From: Dehalococcoidia bacterium
Lineage (GTDB): Bacteria; Chloroflexota; Dehalococcoidia; SHYB01
Direction: 5' to 3'
Length of the DNA stretch: 64,000 nt
Assembly: GCA_965248515.1 (NCBI GenBank)
Contig: CBDFJU010000002.1
Span: forward strand, 878,847 to 942,846
Shown: positions 9,063 through 17,962 of the stretch, in pieces
Layout: each line of letters starts with the position of its first letter
Numbering within the stretch: the stretch's first letter is position 1
Translations under genes and position numbers: made by a program
Notes under the pieces: model-generated
Seen by the model: only the letters and a program-made list of their open reading frames with translations
Told to the model about the DNA's origin: nothing
Database searches by the model: none

Positions 9063-10826
9063 CTACGCGCGCCTCAGAGTCGCTGACGCCCTACACTTAC
9101 GATTCCACGTGGAATTCAACTCTATCATCTTGCTGACCGGCGCGCCTTGATAGGCGTTATTCACATACCCACGCGACTGATTCCGATCTGGATCTCCGGC
9201 CACCACAATACCAATCCCGTCAGGTCGTATGAAAACGGGAACAGGTCTGTCAGGGTCGGCCGAGAGACCGTACTCCTTTGGCAACACGCCGTCTTTGGCC
9301 AGGGCATAGACGTTGAGAGCGGAGGACGATGCTTGCCGAGCATACCTTTCCACCACCCCGGCAGATACTCGGACGTTTTCATAGAAATAGCGTTTGACAT
9401 CGTCCTTATTGCGTCCCTGTGCCGCCAAGGTTTTCGCGATGCTTGGACCTATCACCAGAAGGGGATAGGATTCTCCGTGCAGCATCGCTGTAAACGACCA
9501 AGATGCGCAGGTCCCGTTTCCCCACACTTCAGCGATCGTCTGTAGATGCTCAGAGGCTGCTTGGCCTGCCGTATAGATAGGCGGGCTCGCTGCAACGACG
9601 CTCTGAACTGTGACAACGTTTTCACCGGGCTCAAAGCCACGATCAACTGAAAACGGTGTCCAGCCGATCTCCGCTATCGCATTTTCGTTTTCGGCGAGCA
9701 CGACGTTAAAGGTGCTGCCGATACTCCCCTTGTCGCCTGTCCCAGGGGGAATTCGTAGTCCGGCCACATTTCTCATGTAGAGTCGTAGAAATCGCCCGAC
9801 ACTTGTGTTGGCCTGCCTGCCTACGCGCATTACTCCCGCTTCAGAATTGAAGTCCAACTTGTCGATTATCGGGCCGTTCAGAATAATAAGCGGTTCCCAT
9901 CCCGGGGTGCTACCGGCATCTTCCAGCCGAAAACGCGGTTCTCCTATCGCCTGTACCACAGCCAGTAATATCGGCATGTATTCGGGCTTGCAGCCCCCCA
10001 TGACACCATTGACTGCAACGTTCCACACAGTCGCCTCGCGGTTTTCCGGAGGCAATGTGGCCACAACTTCGTTTGAAGGGCGATCCGTAAACTGAATGAA
10101 TGCTCTAACACGGTCAATGGTGGGCGGGATGATGGGAAGACCATCTGTCCACAGATTCTGATGGGAAAAGTCTTGGACTTGGTCTAACGTTCCCTTGAGC
10201 ACAATGTCCCTCGGACCGGGTTCCTCTAACCTTGGTCCAGCCTGCACAGATGTAGTCAAGCCCGCAACGATCTGCTCGACAAGATCGTTGCGGACCTTGT
10301 CCCCGAACTCCTCTTCGCTATCTTGCATAATGACGCCAGGGTATTCAGCAATTGCCAGATTATCCAGTCCGAGAGCAGCAGCTATCGCGCGGGCTTGGTC
10401 AACAAAGCCTCTCGCAATTATGGAAACGCTGCGAATACCGGCCTTCTCGGCCGCGACACTTGCCCGCACCACGGCGGGGGTGCAACTTCCTCAAGCTCCC
10501 ACAGCCGTGATTACTGCATTGCAGCCTCGCTGATGCAAACGCTCAGGTAACCGACCAATTACCTCGCGTTCATCATTCCCGTGGATGCCCCCAAACACAT
10601 CATGATCAATGAAGCGGAGCCTTGAGTATGTCTTCGCAAGTTCTTCTCGTATCATTCGGAACATTTCGTCGCCTTTGAAGCCCATACTCCACAGTTGCCC
10701 GAAAACTTTTCCGCTTAATGTCGGAAGAGCCTCACTGATCATTACCGGGTCTGTCGTCCGTCTCCCGCCGGGCCACACGACTTCATAGATTCCCGCAGCA
10801 TCCCGATTGGTCTGGTGATGCAGCAT
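9063..10826 (-). CDS. UGSC-motif protein, candidate selenoprotein; two track ORFs joined by an in-frame TGA at plus 10491-10493
   Basis: Minus-strand ORFs 10491..10826 and 9063..10472 share a frame, and the sequence reads ...ITAVGA-TGA-GSC..., giving a U-G-S-C motif. Strong SD GGGAGG lies 6 nt upstream of ATG 10826. Confidence 0.5.
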
Positions 10827-10905
10827 CTCAAGCCTCCCTGGAATACCTCATGTCGCGGTATGACCAACCTCAGACACCGCGAACCTGTCTTCACTTACTC
10901 GTATC

Positions 10906-11625
10906 CTATGTGCCTACATCGGTGATCGAGCGACTCACTGAGGGGTCCGAAGCGTCCGTTGCTCTCGTGGTAGCCCACAAGTCGGCCAACAGGTCTGAAC
11001 CTATTACATCCATACGTTGGCTCAGGTACTCGAGTGCGGTTTGGTGTCGCTCTCGAGAGTAGCTTGCAACACAGTCCTCTACCACAACTGAGTAGTAATC
11101 ATGGAACAGCGCGTCCATCGCGGTCGCCTGAACACACCCTTCGCTGGTAACACCCGTGCTCACCACGGACTTCACGCCTTGACTCCTAAGGACCTGATCG
11201 AGGCGAGTACGGAGGAAACCTGTGGGGCGCCCTTTCTTTATGATGACCTCGTTCGGCGCAGGGCGCAGATCCGCGACTATCTGATGGCCCCAGGTCCCGT
11301 CAAGGCAATAGTCAGGCTCTCGGAGGTCCCCATAAGCGCGACCACGTAGGCGGATCATTGGGGGAGAGTCGCCGATGCAACCCTTCATTAGCGTGTTCTG
11401 CAAATAGATCACCAACACCCCTGCAGCTCGCGCCGTTTCCAATAAACTGGCAGCCCGTGGAATGGCCATTTGCATATCGGAGATATCTGCCCACTGTTGG
11501 GTTTGCTTCAGGCCTTCTGGGTGGCAAAAGTCGTTCTGGAAATCTACCAGCACGAGCGCCGTGTGCTCTGGGCCAACGATCTCTCTCACCGTGGTCAATA
11601 TCTCTTTTCCGGCCACCTGCTTCAT
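10906..11625 (-). CDS. Isochorismatase-family cysteine hydrolase
   Basis: ALVLVDFQNDF...VVSTGVTSEGCVQATAMDA isochorismatase/YcaC-like motifs; GAGGTG SD. Confidence 0.8.
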   Translation of the reverse strand: MKQVAGKEILTTVREIVGPEHTALVLVDFQNDFCHPEGLKQTQQWADISDMQMAIPRAASLLETARAAGVLVIYLQNTLMKGCIGDSPPMIRLRGRAYGDLREPDYCLDGTWGHQIVADLRPAPNEVIIKKGRPTGFLRTRLDQVLRSQGVKSVVSTGVTSEGCVQATAMDALFHDYYSVVVEDCVASYSRERHQTALEYLSQRMDVIGSDLLADLWATTRATDASDPSVSRSITDVGT

Positions 11626-11817
11626 TTCATCACCTCAGACAGATCCCTTCCTTTGGCGCGATGCAACCACATGTCGAAAGAGCTGGCACAGCCAGGCGCC
11701 ATGAAAAAGCCTCAGCGCCTACCACTGTCACCGTACTGGCGTCTGCTCGATAAGAGGTGGTCTCGTTTGTCTGAACAGCGCTGCCCGGTTTGATAAGTGG
11801 AATCGCGCTGCCGTGCG

Positions 11818-12645
11818 TTAGGCCGCCGCGGACTCGGCAGGCGCTCTGTCAAAGAACTGGTCCGGCGTCATTCCCCCAAGGCTCGAATGGGGCCGTCCGG
11901 CATTGTAAAACTCGAAGTACCGCCCGAGTCCAGTTCTGGCTTCCGGGACCGATTCGTAGGCTCTCAGGTACACCTCCTCGTACTTGACGCTCTTCCACAG
12001 TCGTTCGACGAACACGTTATCCTTCCAGCCCCCCTTCCCGTCCATACTGATCTGGATCTCACTGGCTTTCAGCAGGCCGGTGAAGGCATCACTTGTGAAC
12101 TGGCTTCCCTGATCTGTGTTGAATATCTCCGGCGCGCCGTGGCGTCCCAGGGATTCTTCGAGCGCCTCCACGCAGAAGTCTGTGTCCATTGTGACCGATA
12201 CCCGCCAGGCCAGCACCTTGCGGCTATGCCAGTCCATCACTGCGGCTAGGTACACGAACCCCCTGGCCATCGGAATGTACGTGATATCCATTGCCCACAC
12301 CTGGTTGGGCCTGCTCACCTCAAGCCCGCGCAGCAGGTACGGATACACCGTATGGCCGGGCCGTCGCCGGCTGGTGTTGGGCTTGCGGTACAGCGCATCG
12401 ATGCCCATCCGCCGCATCAGTGTGGCGATGTGTCTACGCCCGGAGGAGAGTCCCTCCTGGCGGAGCAGGCCTCGCATCATCCTACTGCCTGCAAACGGAT
12501 ACTCAAGGTGCAGCTCATCGATGCGGCGCATCAGCCCGAGACCGGCTTCGCCCACCGGCCGTGGCCGGTAGTAGATGCTCCCGCGGCTGATGCCCACTGC
12601 CTTTGCCTGGCGGGCGAGAGGCAGCTTGTGATCGCGGTCGATCAT
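11818..12645 (-). CDS. IS3-family transposase OrfB (rve integrase core, DDE)
   Basis: YIPMARGFVYLAAVMDWHSRKVLAW...TDQGSQFTS...LWKSVKYEEVY integrase-core motifs. Confidence 0.85.
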   Translation of the reverse strand: MIDRDHKLPLARQAKAVGISRGSIYYRPRPVGEAGLGLMRRIDELHLEYPFAGSRMMRGLLRQEGLSSGRRHIATLMRRMGIDALYRKPNTSRRRPGHTVYPYLLRGLEVSRPNQVWAMDITYIPMARGFVYLAAVMDWHSRKVLAWRVSVTMDTDFCVEALEESLGRHGAPEIFNTDQGSQFTSDAFTGLLKASEIQISMDGKGGWKDNVFVERLWKSVKYEEVYLRAYESVPEARTGLGRYFEFYNAGRPHSSLGGMTPDQFFDRAPAESAAA

Positions 12646-12947
12646 CGCCTTGCGCCCGGCAATCCCGCCTTCGTGAGCGCGGCCTCTAAAAAATCGTTCT
12701 CCAACGCAAGCTCACCGATCTTAGCGTGAAGGACCTTCATATCTACCAGCTTTTCAGCCTGCCCTGTCCCGGCGCCAAATAACTGCGCCGCCCGATCCAG
12801 CAACTGGGTCTTCCATTGCGTGATCTGGTTCGGGTGCACATCGAACTGGCTTGCCAGCTCCGAAAGTGTCCGGTTGCCGCGTACTGCGGCAAGAGCCACC
12901 TTCGCCTTGAACTCTGCCGAGTGGTTACGGCGGGGTCGTCTGCTCAT
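12642..12947 (-). CDS. IS3-family transposase OrfA (HTH)
   Basis: MSRRPRRNHSAEFKAKVALAAV...leucine-zipper C-terminus, typical of IS3 OrfA; 4-nt overlap with orfB. Confidence 0.85.
   Translation of the reverse strand: MSRRPRRNHSAEFKAKVALAAVRGNRTLSELASQFDVHPNQITQWKTQLLDRAAQLFGAGTGQAEKLVDMKVLHAKIGELALENDFLEAALTKAGLPGARR
12687..12693 (-). promoter_or_regulatory. Putative programmed -1 ribosomal frameshift heptamer U_UUU_UUA fusing orfA to orfB
   Basis: The heptamer is in the orfA zero frame; a -1 slip yields ...ENDFL-RGRAHEGGIAGRK-MIDRDHKLP... in the orfB frame. Equivalent site in copy 2 at 24977-24983. Confidence 0.55.
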
Positions 12948-13081
12948 CTCTCGCTCCTGTCTCCGAGAGCACTATCATGCCCTCAATCAGGCAGCGATTC
13001 CACTTATCCCCCTGTTCAGATTTCTGGAGCCACTTCTATAACCCCTTCCAACACGAATTGGTAAGGACCGAAAGTGTGCAC

Positions 13082-13996
13082 CTATGTTGAATGCTCTAAG
13101 CGGGGATCTAAGCGGTCCCTCGTCCAGTCCCCCAAAAGATTCACGGCAAGCACTATCAATAGCATGGCAACGCCCGGTGGGATAATCATCCATGGCGCGT
13201 CCGCCACATATGCTCGACCCTCGCTCACCATGTTTCCCCACGATGGAGCAGGCGGGGGTATACCGACGCCCAGGAAGCTCAGAGTTGCTTCCAGCAGGAT
13301 GAGTTGGCCCAAGATCAGGCTTCCCAGCACTGCAATAGAACCTACGATGTTCGGCAAGACGTGCCGAACAAGAATGTGCGGCATTGTTGCTCCAATAGCC
13401 CGGCTTGCGAGAACGTAGTCCTGAGCCATGACCGCGAGGCCCTCGCCGCGTGCTTGTCGGGCAAATCTGCTCCAATACACTAGATTCATGACAATTATCA
13501 TGTTCCAGAGCCCTGCTCCTATCGCCACTGCCAGGGCCAAGGCCAACACGAGCGGTGGCAAGGCCAGTGAGACATCGACCGCTCCCATTATCAATGTGTC
13601 TAGCTTGCCCCGTGAGTATGCTGCTATCAGTCCCAAAAGCGTGCCCACAGCGGTTGACGTTACTACGCCTAACCCCGCGGTCATCAGGGTCAGACGAGAG
13701 CCGACTATCAATCGGCTCAGGACATCTCGTCCCAGGTAATCCGTACCCAACCAATAAGTGCGCTCAGACGCGTCATCCGCAATCGATCCGGGCGGTTGCA
13801 GTGAATCTGTAAGGTACCCAGCGGTAGAGGAATGAGGCGCTAGCCAAGGAGCAAAGACCGCAAGAAACAATGCCACACTCAGGACAATGACACCAAACCA
13901 GGGTAAGCGCCGCAGCGTGCGCGCAGACGGGACAAGCAGGCGCAGCCGTTTACGGTGTTTAGGGGTCTCAACTGCCGTTTCGCCAATACTCAACAT
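13082..13996 (-). CDS. ABC transporter permease (DppC/OppC type)
   Basis: Multi-pass membrane protein with the EAA-like loop of binding-protein-dependent permeases. Confidence 0.85.
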   Translation of the reverse strand: MLSIGETAVETPKHRKRLRLLVPSARTLRRLPWFGVIVLSVALFLAVFAPWLAPHSSTAGYLTDSLQPPGSIADDASERTYWLGTDYLGRDVLSRLIVGSRLTLMTAGLGVVTSTAVGTLLGLIAAYSRGKLDTLIMGAVDVSLALPPLVLALALAVAIGAGLWNMIIVMNLVYWSRFARQARGEGLAVMAQDYVLASRAIGATMPHILVRHVLPNIVGSIAVLGSLILGQLILLEATLSFLGVGIPPPAPSWGNMVSEGRAYVADAPWMIIPPGVAMLLIVLAVNLLGDWTRDRLDPRLEHST

Positions 13997-14147
13997 GCCA
14001 TTTTCAATTCACAATCTGTTGGCCACATACTTGCGTGTAGCCCGTCTGCCCCAAAGCTGCAAAGTCCCCGGCACTCAGGAACGAATCAAGGCCGAAGACA
14101 GGCGCCTGCATCCCGGGACGACGCCCACTTTACACAGAGCGCTACCT

Positions 14148-15071
14148 CTATGCGCTTCGTATCCTCGGATCGAGGAAGCCGTACAACATGTCTACCACGA
14201 AATTGGCCAGTGCAAACATGCTCGCAAAGATCAGCACCAGCCCCATCAATGTTGGAAAGTCTCGCTGTATTGCAGAATCGAACGCCAACTGCCCAATCCC
14301 TGGCCAGGCGAAGACCACCTCTATGACAAGGGATCCTGTTAGAAAGTAGGTAACTATGACAATCCCACTATATGTCACCACTGGAATCAGTGCATTTCTC
14401 AGCGCGTGTCGAATTATCACTATACGTTCATGAAGTCCCTTGGCTCTAGCGGTGCGAACATAATCTTGTCCCATCACCTCCAACATTCCTGAGCGCACGA
14501 AACGAATCACCCCAGCCATCGGAAACACAGCCAGGGATATCATCGGTAGAATCAGGTTACTTGGAGACTCCTTTCCAAAGAAAGGCAGCCAGCGTAGCCA
14601 CACTCCAAAGATCATCACAAGCAATATTGCCAACCAAAACGATGGTGTGGATTGGGCAAGTGCAGCAAACCCCCGCACTAACAGGTCTATCACGCTACCG
14701 CGGTACAGTGCGGCCAAGAGGCCCAGTGGCACCCCTAGTATGAAAGTAAATGCGATTCCGGCTCCGGCAAGCTGCAGGGTGGCAGGGAACCGGTCCAGGA
14801 ACATATCCGCCACCTTCTGATCCGTGACGTGTGATCGTCCCAAGTCTCCGCGTACAACGTCTCGCAAAAAGAGGCCATATTGGACGTGGAAAGGTCGGTC
14901 CAGACCTAGATCCTTCCTTAGGATCTCCACGGCTTCCGGTGGGGCATATGCTGGCACAAGCAACTCCGCCGGATCTCCTGTGACTCTTGCCAGCGAGAAA
15001 GTGAAGACCGTCACGACAAGCACAACGATGACGGTCCTGAATGCTCGCTGTAACGTGAGCCGCCCCATCAC
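14148..15071 (-). CDS. ABC transporter permease (DppB/OppB type)
   Basis: Six predicted TM segments and a permease signature; immediately upstream of the DppC-like gene. Confidence 0.85.
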   Translation of the reverse strand: MMGRLTLQRAFRTVIVVLVVTVFTFSLARVTGDPAELLVPAYAPPEAVEILRKDLGLDRPFHVQYGLFLRDVVRGDLGRSHVTDQKVADMFLDRFPATLQLAGAGIAFTFILGVPLGLLAALYRGSVIDLLVRGFAALAQSTPSFWLAILLVMIFGVWLRWLPFFGKESPSNLILPMISLAVFPMAGVIRFVRSGMLEVMGQDYVRTARAKGLHERIVIIRHALRNALIPVVTYSGIVIVTYFLTGSLVIEVVFAWPGIGQLAFDSAIQRDFPTLMGLVLIFASMFALANFVVDMLYGFLDPRIRSA

Positions 15072-15111
15072 GACATCTCCATCCTCATTCCACGAAGCCT
15101 AAGCCTGTGGA

Positions 15112-16011
15112 TTAAGAGCCAGGATCGCCAGATTGAAAGCTTCGAGGGTCACGGAAAAACGTCATTACCAACTTGCTGATTTCTTGTGCCCTCCAGTAAA
15201 GGTCGTATCTATCACCGCTCTCTATCATGACTGCCGTACACTCGGGAATGAGCAGCTTCACCGCCTGCGCACGCTGAGCGATAGGACGGTTCCACGCAGC
15301 CGTGGATTGCAGCAACAACGTCGGGGCTTTGATCAGTGGCAAGCGAACATCGGCGTTGTATGTGAACACCGCCTGGAAGGTGGCAGAAATACTACGGTGA
15401 GCTCTGAGTGCATCCATGAACAAGTCATTGACAAACTCCAAATCTTCATCCGACAAGTTTTCGTCTGGTATTGCGCCTTTGGCCTGCCACAAAAGCGTGA
15501 TAGCCCGCTGCCACAATCGCACATTGTGTGACCCATCAGTTTCCAGCCGCACCACTGGAAGAGTGCCTGGGCCACCCAATGCCCGGTGACCGAGTTTGAT
15601 ATGCTCCTCTCGCTCGTCGTCGCCAATCAGGTAAGGAAGACCGTGGAGAACTAGCGCCACAACCCGCTGTGGCTGACTGGCCGCGAGTTCCGCGCCTACC
15701 GCAGCACCCGTGTGTCGCCCCAGAACTCGCACGCTGTCGAGCTCAAGGCCGTCCAGGACATGGGCGAGACTTGTGGCCAAGTCCGCTACATCAAAAGGCT
15801 CCGGAAGGGGGTCGGAGTCGCCCAATCCAGGTAGATCCACGGCAATCACCTGGTACTGTGTTGCCAGCAAGGGCATCAGGCGACGGTAAACGCGCCAACT
15901 TCGCGGAGTCTGAGGAATCAACAGGACAGGCTCGCCTTGGCCCGCTATGACACAGTGGACCTGACCTGTTGGCGTGCGAACATAACTGCGCTTCACCAGA
16001 TTCCCGCCCAC
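15112..16011 (-). CDS. Alpha/beta-hydrolase fold protein
   Basis: VLLIPQTP...VIAVDLPGLGDS...GRHTGAAVG nucleophile-elbow-like region. Confidence 0.7.
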   Translation of the reverse strand: MGGNLVKRSYVRTPTGQVHCVIAGQGEPVLLIPQTPRSWRVYRRLMPLLATQYQVIAVDLPGLGDSDPLPEPFDVADLATSLAHVLDGLELDSVRVLGRHTGAAVGAELAASQPQRVVALVLHGLPYLIGDDEREEHIKLGHRALGGPGTLPVVRLETDGSHNVRLWQRAITLLWQAKGAIPDENLSDEDLEFVNDLFMDALRAHRSISATFQAVFTYNADVRLPLIKAPTLLLQSTAAWNRPIAQRAQAVKLLIPECTAVMIESGDRYDLYWRAQEISKLVMTFFRDPRSFQSGDPGS

Positions 16012-16121
16012 TCATTGAACCCGGTACTGTGGCCGGAGACTATTCATATGAATGCTTTTAGGGCCGATTTGTGTATCCCGCCTTTGGCAGAGGAACTGCG
16101 ATGGCCAACGCGCCCCATACT

Positions 16122-16718
16122 CTAATGCGACAACGTTTTGACAAAGTCTTTCGCCTGTATCACGGCTCCGTGACGCGAGAATACCTTCTCCATGAGCACA
16201 CGGTGAAACTCGTCGTCGGCCTCGAAACAACCATCTTCCACGACCACGAGTTCGTAGTCGGCGTCGAGGGCCGAGCAAAACGTATAGAGCACAGCTCCGC
16301 TGGTTGCTACGCCCATCAGAACAAGAACATCACGTCCAAGTGCCCGCAGCACGGTATGAAGGTCCGTGGTACCGAAGGCGCTTATTCGTCGTTTCAGGAT
16401 TACGACGTCGCCTTGCTCCGGGGCAACGATGGGGTGCATCTGCACGCCCTCTGTTCCCTCCCGCATCCCGTCGGCCTGCTTCGCGGCAGCAAACGCCTTG
16501 TTTCGAGGGTTGACCTCCGGGTGCCCCTCGCGAAATGCTACACCAACGAAAAGAACAGGTATTCCACTCTTCCGAGCGGCTTCGATCACATCCTGGGCAC
16601 GATAGAGAAACTGTGTCTGCTCGCCCACGTAGCTGCCAATGATGTCTTGTTGGCAATCCAGGACGAGCACGGCCGCACGTTCCACTAGGTCGGGCGGCAT
16701 CGAAGTGCTATCAGCCAT
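16122..16718 (-). CDS. Isochorismatase-family hydrolase
   Basis: AAVLVLDCQQDI...VLMGVATSGAVLYT isochorismatase-like motifs. Confidence 0.75.
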   Translation of the reverse strand: MADSTSMPPDLVERAAVLVLDCQQDIIGSYVGEQTQFLYRAQDVIEAARKSGIPVLFVGVAFREGHPEVNPRNKAFAAAKQADGMREGTEGVQMHPIVAPEQGDVVILKRRISAFGTTDLHTVLRALGRDVLVLMGVATSGAVLYTFCSALDADYELVVVEDGCFEADDEFHRVLMEKVFSRHGAVIQAKDFVKTLSH

Positions 16719-16816
16719 CGTCTCGTTGCCTCACCCGGGAACTCGTCCGCCAAGGCTGAGGCCATCCTGCAACAGCTCAGCAGCCACGAGAAGGTATCCG
16801 GCGCTCACAATCTCAA

Positions 16817-17677
16817 CTAGCCATGGGGCGTCTGGCCCTCCGCCCCCAGATTTGCATACTCCGGCTGTCTCTTTTCCACGAATGCTCTCTGGCCCTCGAC
16901 CTCCCTTGGCGGCCTTCTCCGTGGCTGGCCGCCGGCCTCCTTCCGGAGCTCCTCAGTGTCGTACACGACATCTACCGATCTCTGAAATTCGACATGCCCT
17001 TCTTTCGTCTTGGCGATAGCATCCGGACCAAGTCTGTCAATCTCGAGAACTTCACGTGCGTATTTCAGCGCCGTTGGCATCACATCCTTCGACGGAACCA
17101 CCTCGTTCACTATGCCCCATCGCAGGCAACTCTGGGCGTCGAGTCTCCCAGCGGTAAGCTGTACCCAATTTGCTATTGCATTGGGAAGGTAGTGGTACAA
17201 GTAAGGGGGAGGGGCCAGGTTTCTGCGTTGAGCATAGGTGCCAACCCACGCATGCTCAGCCATGATGCGCAAATCACACAGGAAGAACAGCTCCAACCCG
17301 CCGGCCACAGCCAACCCGTTGATCGCGCCTATCAAGGGCTTCTTGAGAGGGTAGTGATTCCCGGGACCTGCATACGCCGGGCTGGCGGGGTCGTCCACCC
17401 CGTGGAACCCATCCGGTCCAGTCCGCGCGACATATTCCTTCATGTCCTTGCCCGCGCAGAAGGCCTTATCTCCGGCACCTGTCACAATCGCTACCCGGAT
17501 TGACGGGTCATTGTTTACGGTCTCCCAGCACGACACCAACTCGACGAATAGTTTCTCGTTCAACGCATTTAACACTTCTGGCCTATTGAGCGTAACAACG
17601 GCTATCCCGTCGTCCCTCTTTTCGAAAATGCACGTTTCGTACTGAGTCGTCTCGCCCACTGTTCCGTCCTCCTTCAC
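16817..17677 (-). CDS. Enoyl-CoA hydratase/isomerase family
   Basis: IAVVTLNRPEVLNAL...VTGAGDKAFCAGKD...GLAVAGGLELFFLCD crotonase motifs. Confidence 0.8.
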   Translation of the reverse strand: MKEDGTVGETTQYETCIFEKRDDGIAVVTLNRPEVLNALNEKLFVELVSCWETVNNDPSIRVAIVTGAGDKAFCAGKDMKEYVARTGPDGFHGVDDPASPAYAGPGNHYPLKKPLIGAINGLAVAGGLELFFLCDLRIMAEHAWVGTYAQRRNLAPPPYLYHYLPNAIANWVQLTAGRLDAQSCLRWGIVNEVVPSKDVMPTALKYAREVLEIDRLGPDAIAKTKEGHVEFQRSVDVVYDTEELRKEAGGQPRRRPPREVEGQRAFVEKRQPEYANLGAEGQTPHG

Positions 17678-17776
17678 CCCTGCCAGATTAGCTACTCAAC
17701 CCTTTTCGGAAGTCTTTTTCGGCCCCCCACCGAATTGACAAAACCGACCATGCCCGCGATGCCGCACATCACTCTA

Positions 17777-17794
17777 AGTCCCGACATGTCGGGA
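17777..17794. promoter_or_regulatory. Perfect 18-bp palindrome GTCCCGACATGTCGGGAC, possible operator
   Basis: Seen directly; lies in the 285-bp intergenic region upstream of the minus-strand crotonase/hydrolase/permease genes. Confidence 0.3.
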
Positions 17795-17865
17795 CTCAGC
17801 GTGACGCCACAGAGAGTCGCCTTTGAAAAGACCTAGCCGTTCGTTGAACTCTCGAGACTCCCAAG

Positions 17866-17908
17866 AGGAGCGGATTACTCACGAATCGGTTTTCGAAGTA
17901 ATCCGCTC
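17866..17908. promoter_or_regulatory. 13-bp inverted repeat GGAGCGGATTACT / AGTAATCCGCTCC with 17-nt spacer
   Basis: Seen directly; sits downstream of the binding-protein gene and upstream of the crotonase gene; no U-tract follows. Confidence 0.3.
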
Positions 17909-17962
17909 CCCCTGATTCGACCCTCTACCGTTCCGAGAGCGCTACTATCGAGCAGACTATTG

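Larger units (their letters stand above)
11753..13037 (-). mobile_element. IS3-family insertion sequence, copy 1 (1285 bp), flanked by 3-bp target duplication ATA
   Basis: Imperfect terminal inverted repeats AGAGGTGGTCTCGTTTGTCTGAACAG (11753) / AGAAGTGGCTCCAGAAATCTGAACAG (rc at 13037). ATA at 11750-11752 and 13038-13040. Ends confirmed by comparison with the second copy at 24633. Confidence 0.8.

Noticed and set aside
13038-13081. ABC-transporter ATPase genes (DppD/DppF) expected after the DppC-like permease
   Set aside because: No Walker A/B-containing ORF exists on either strand between the operon and the IS3 copy (44 bp gap). They are absent from this window, possibly deleted with the IS insertion or encoded elsewhere.
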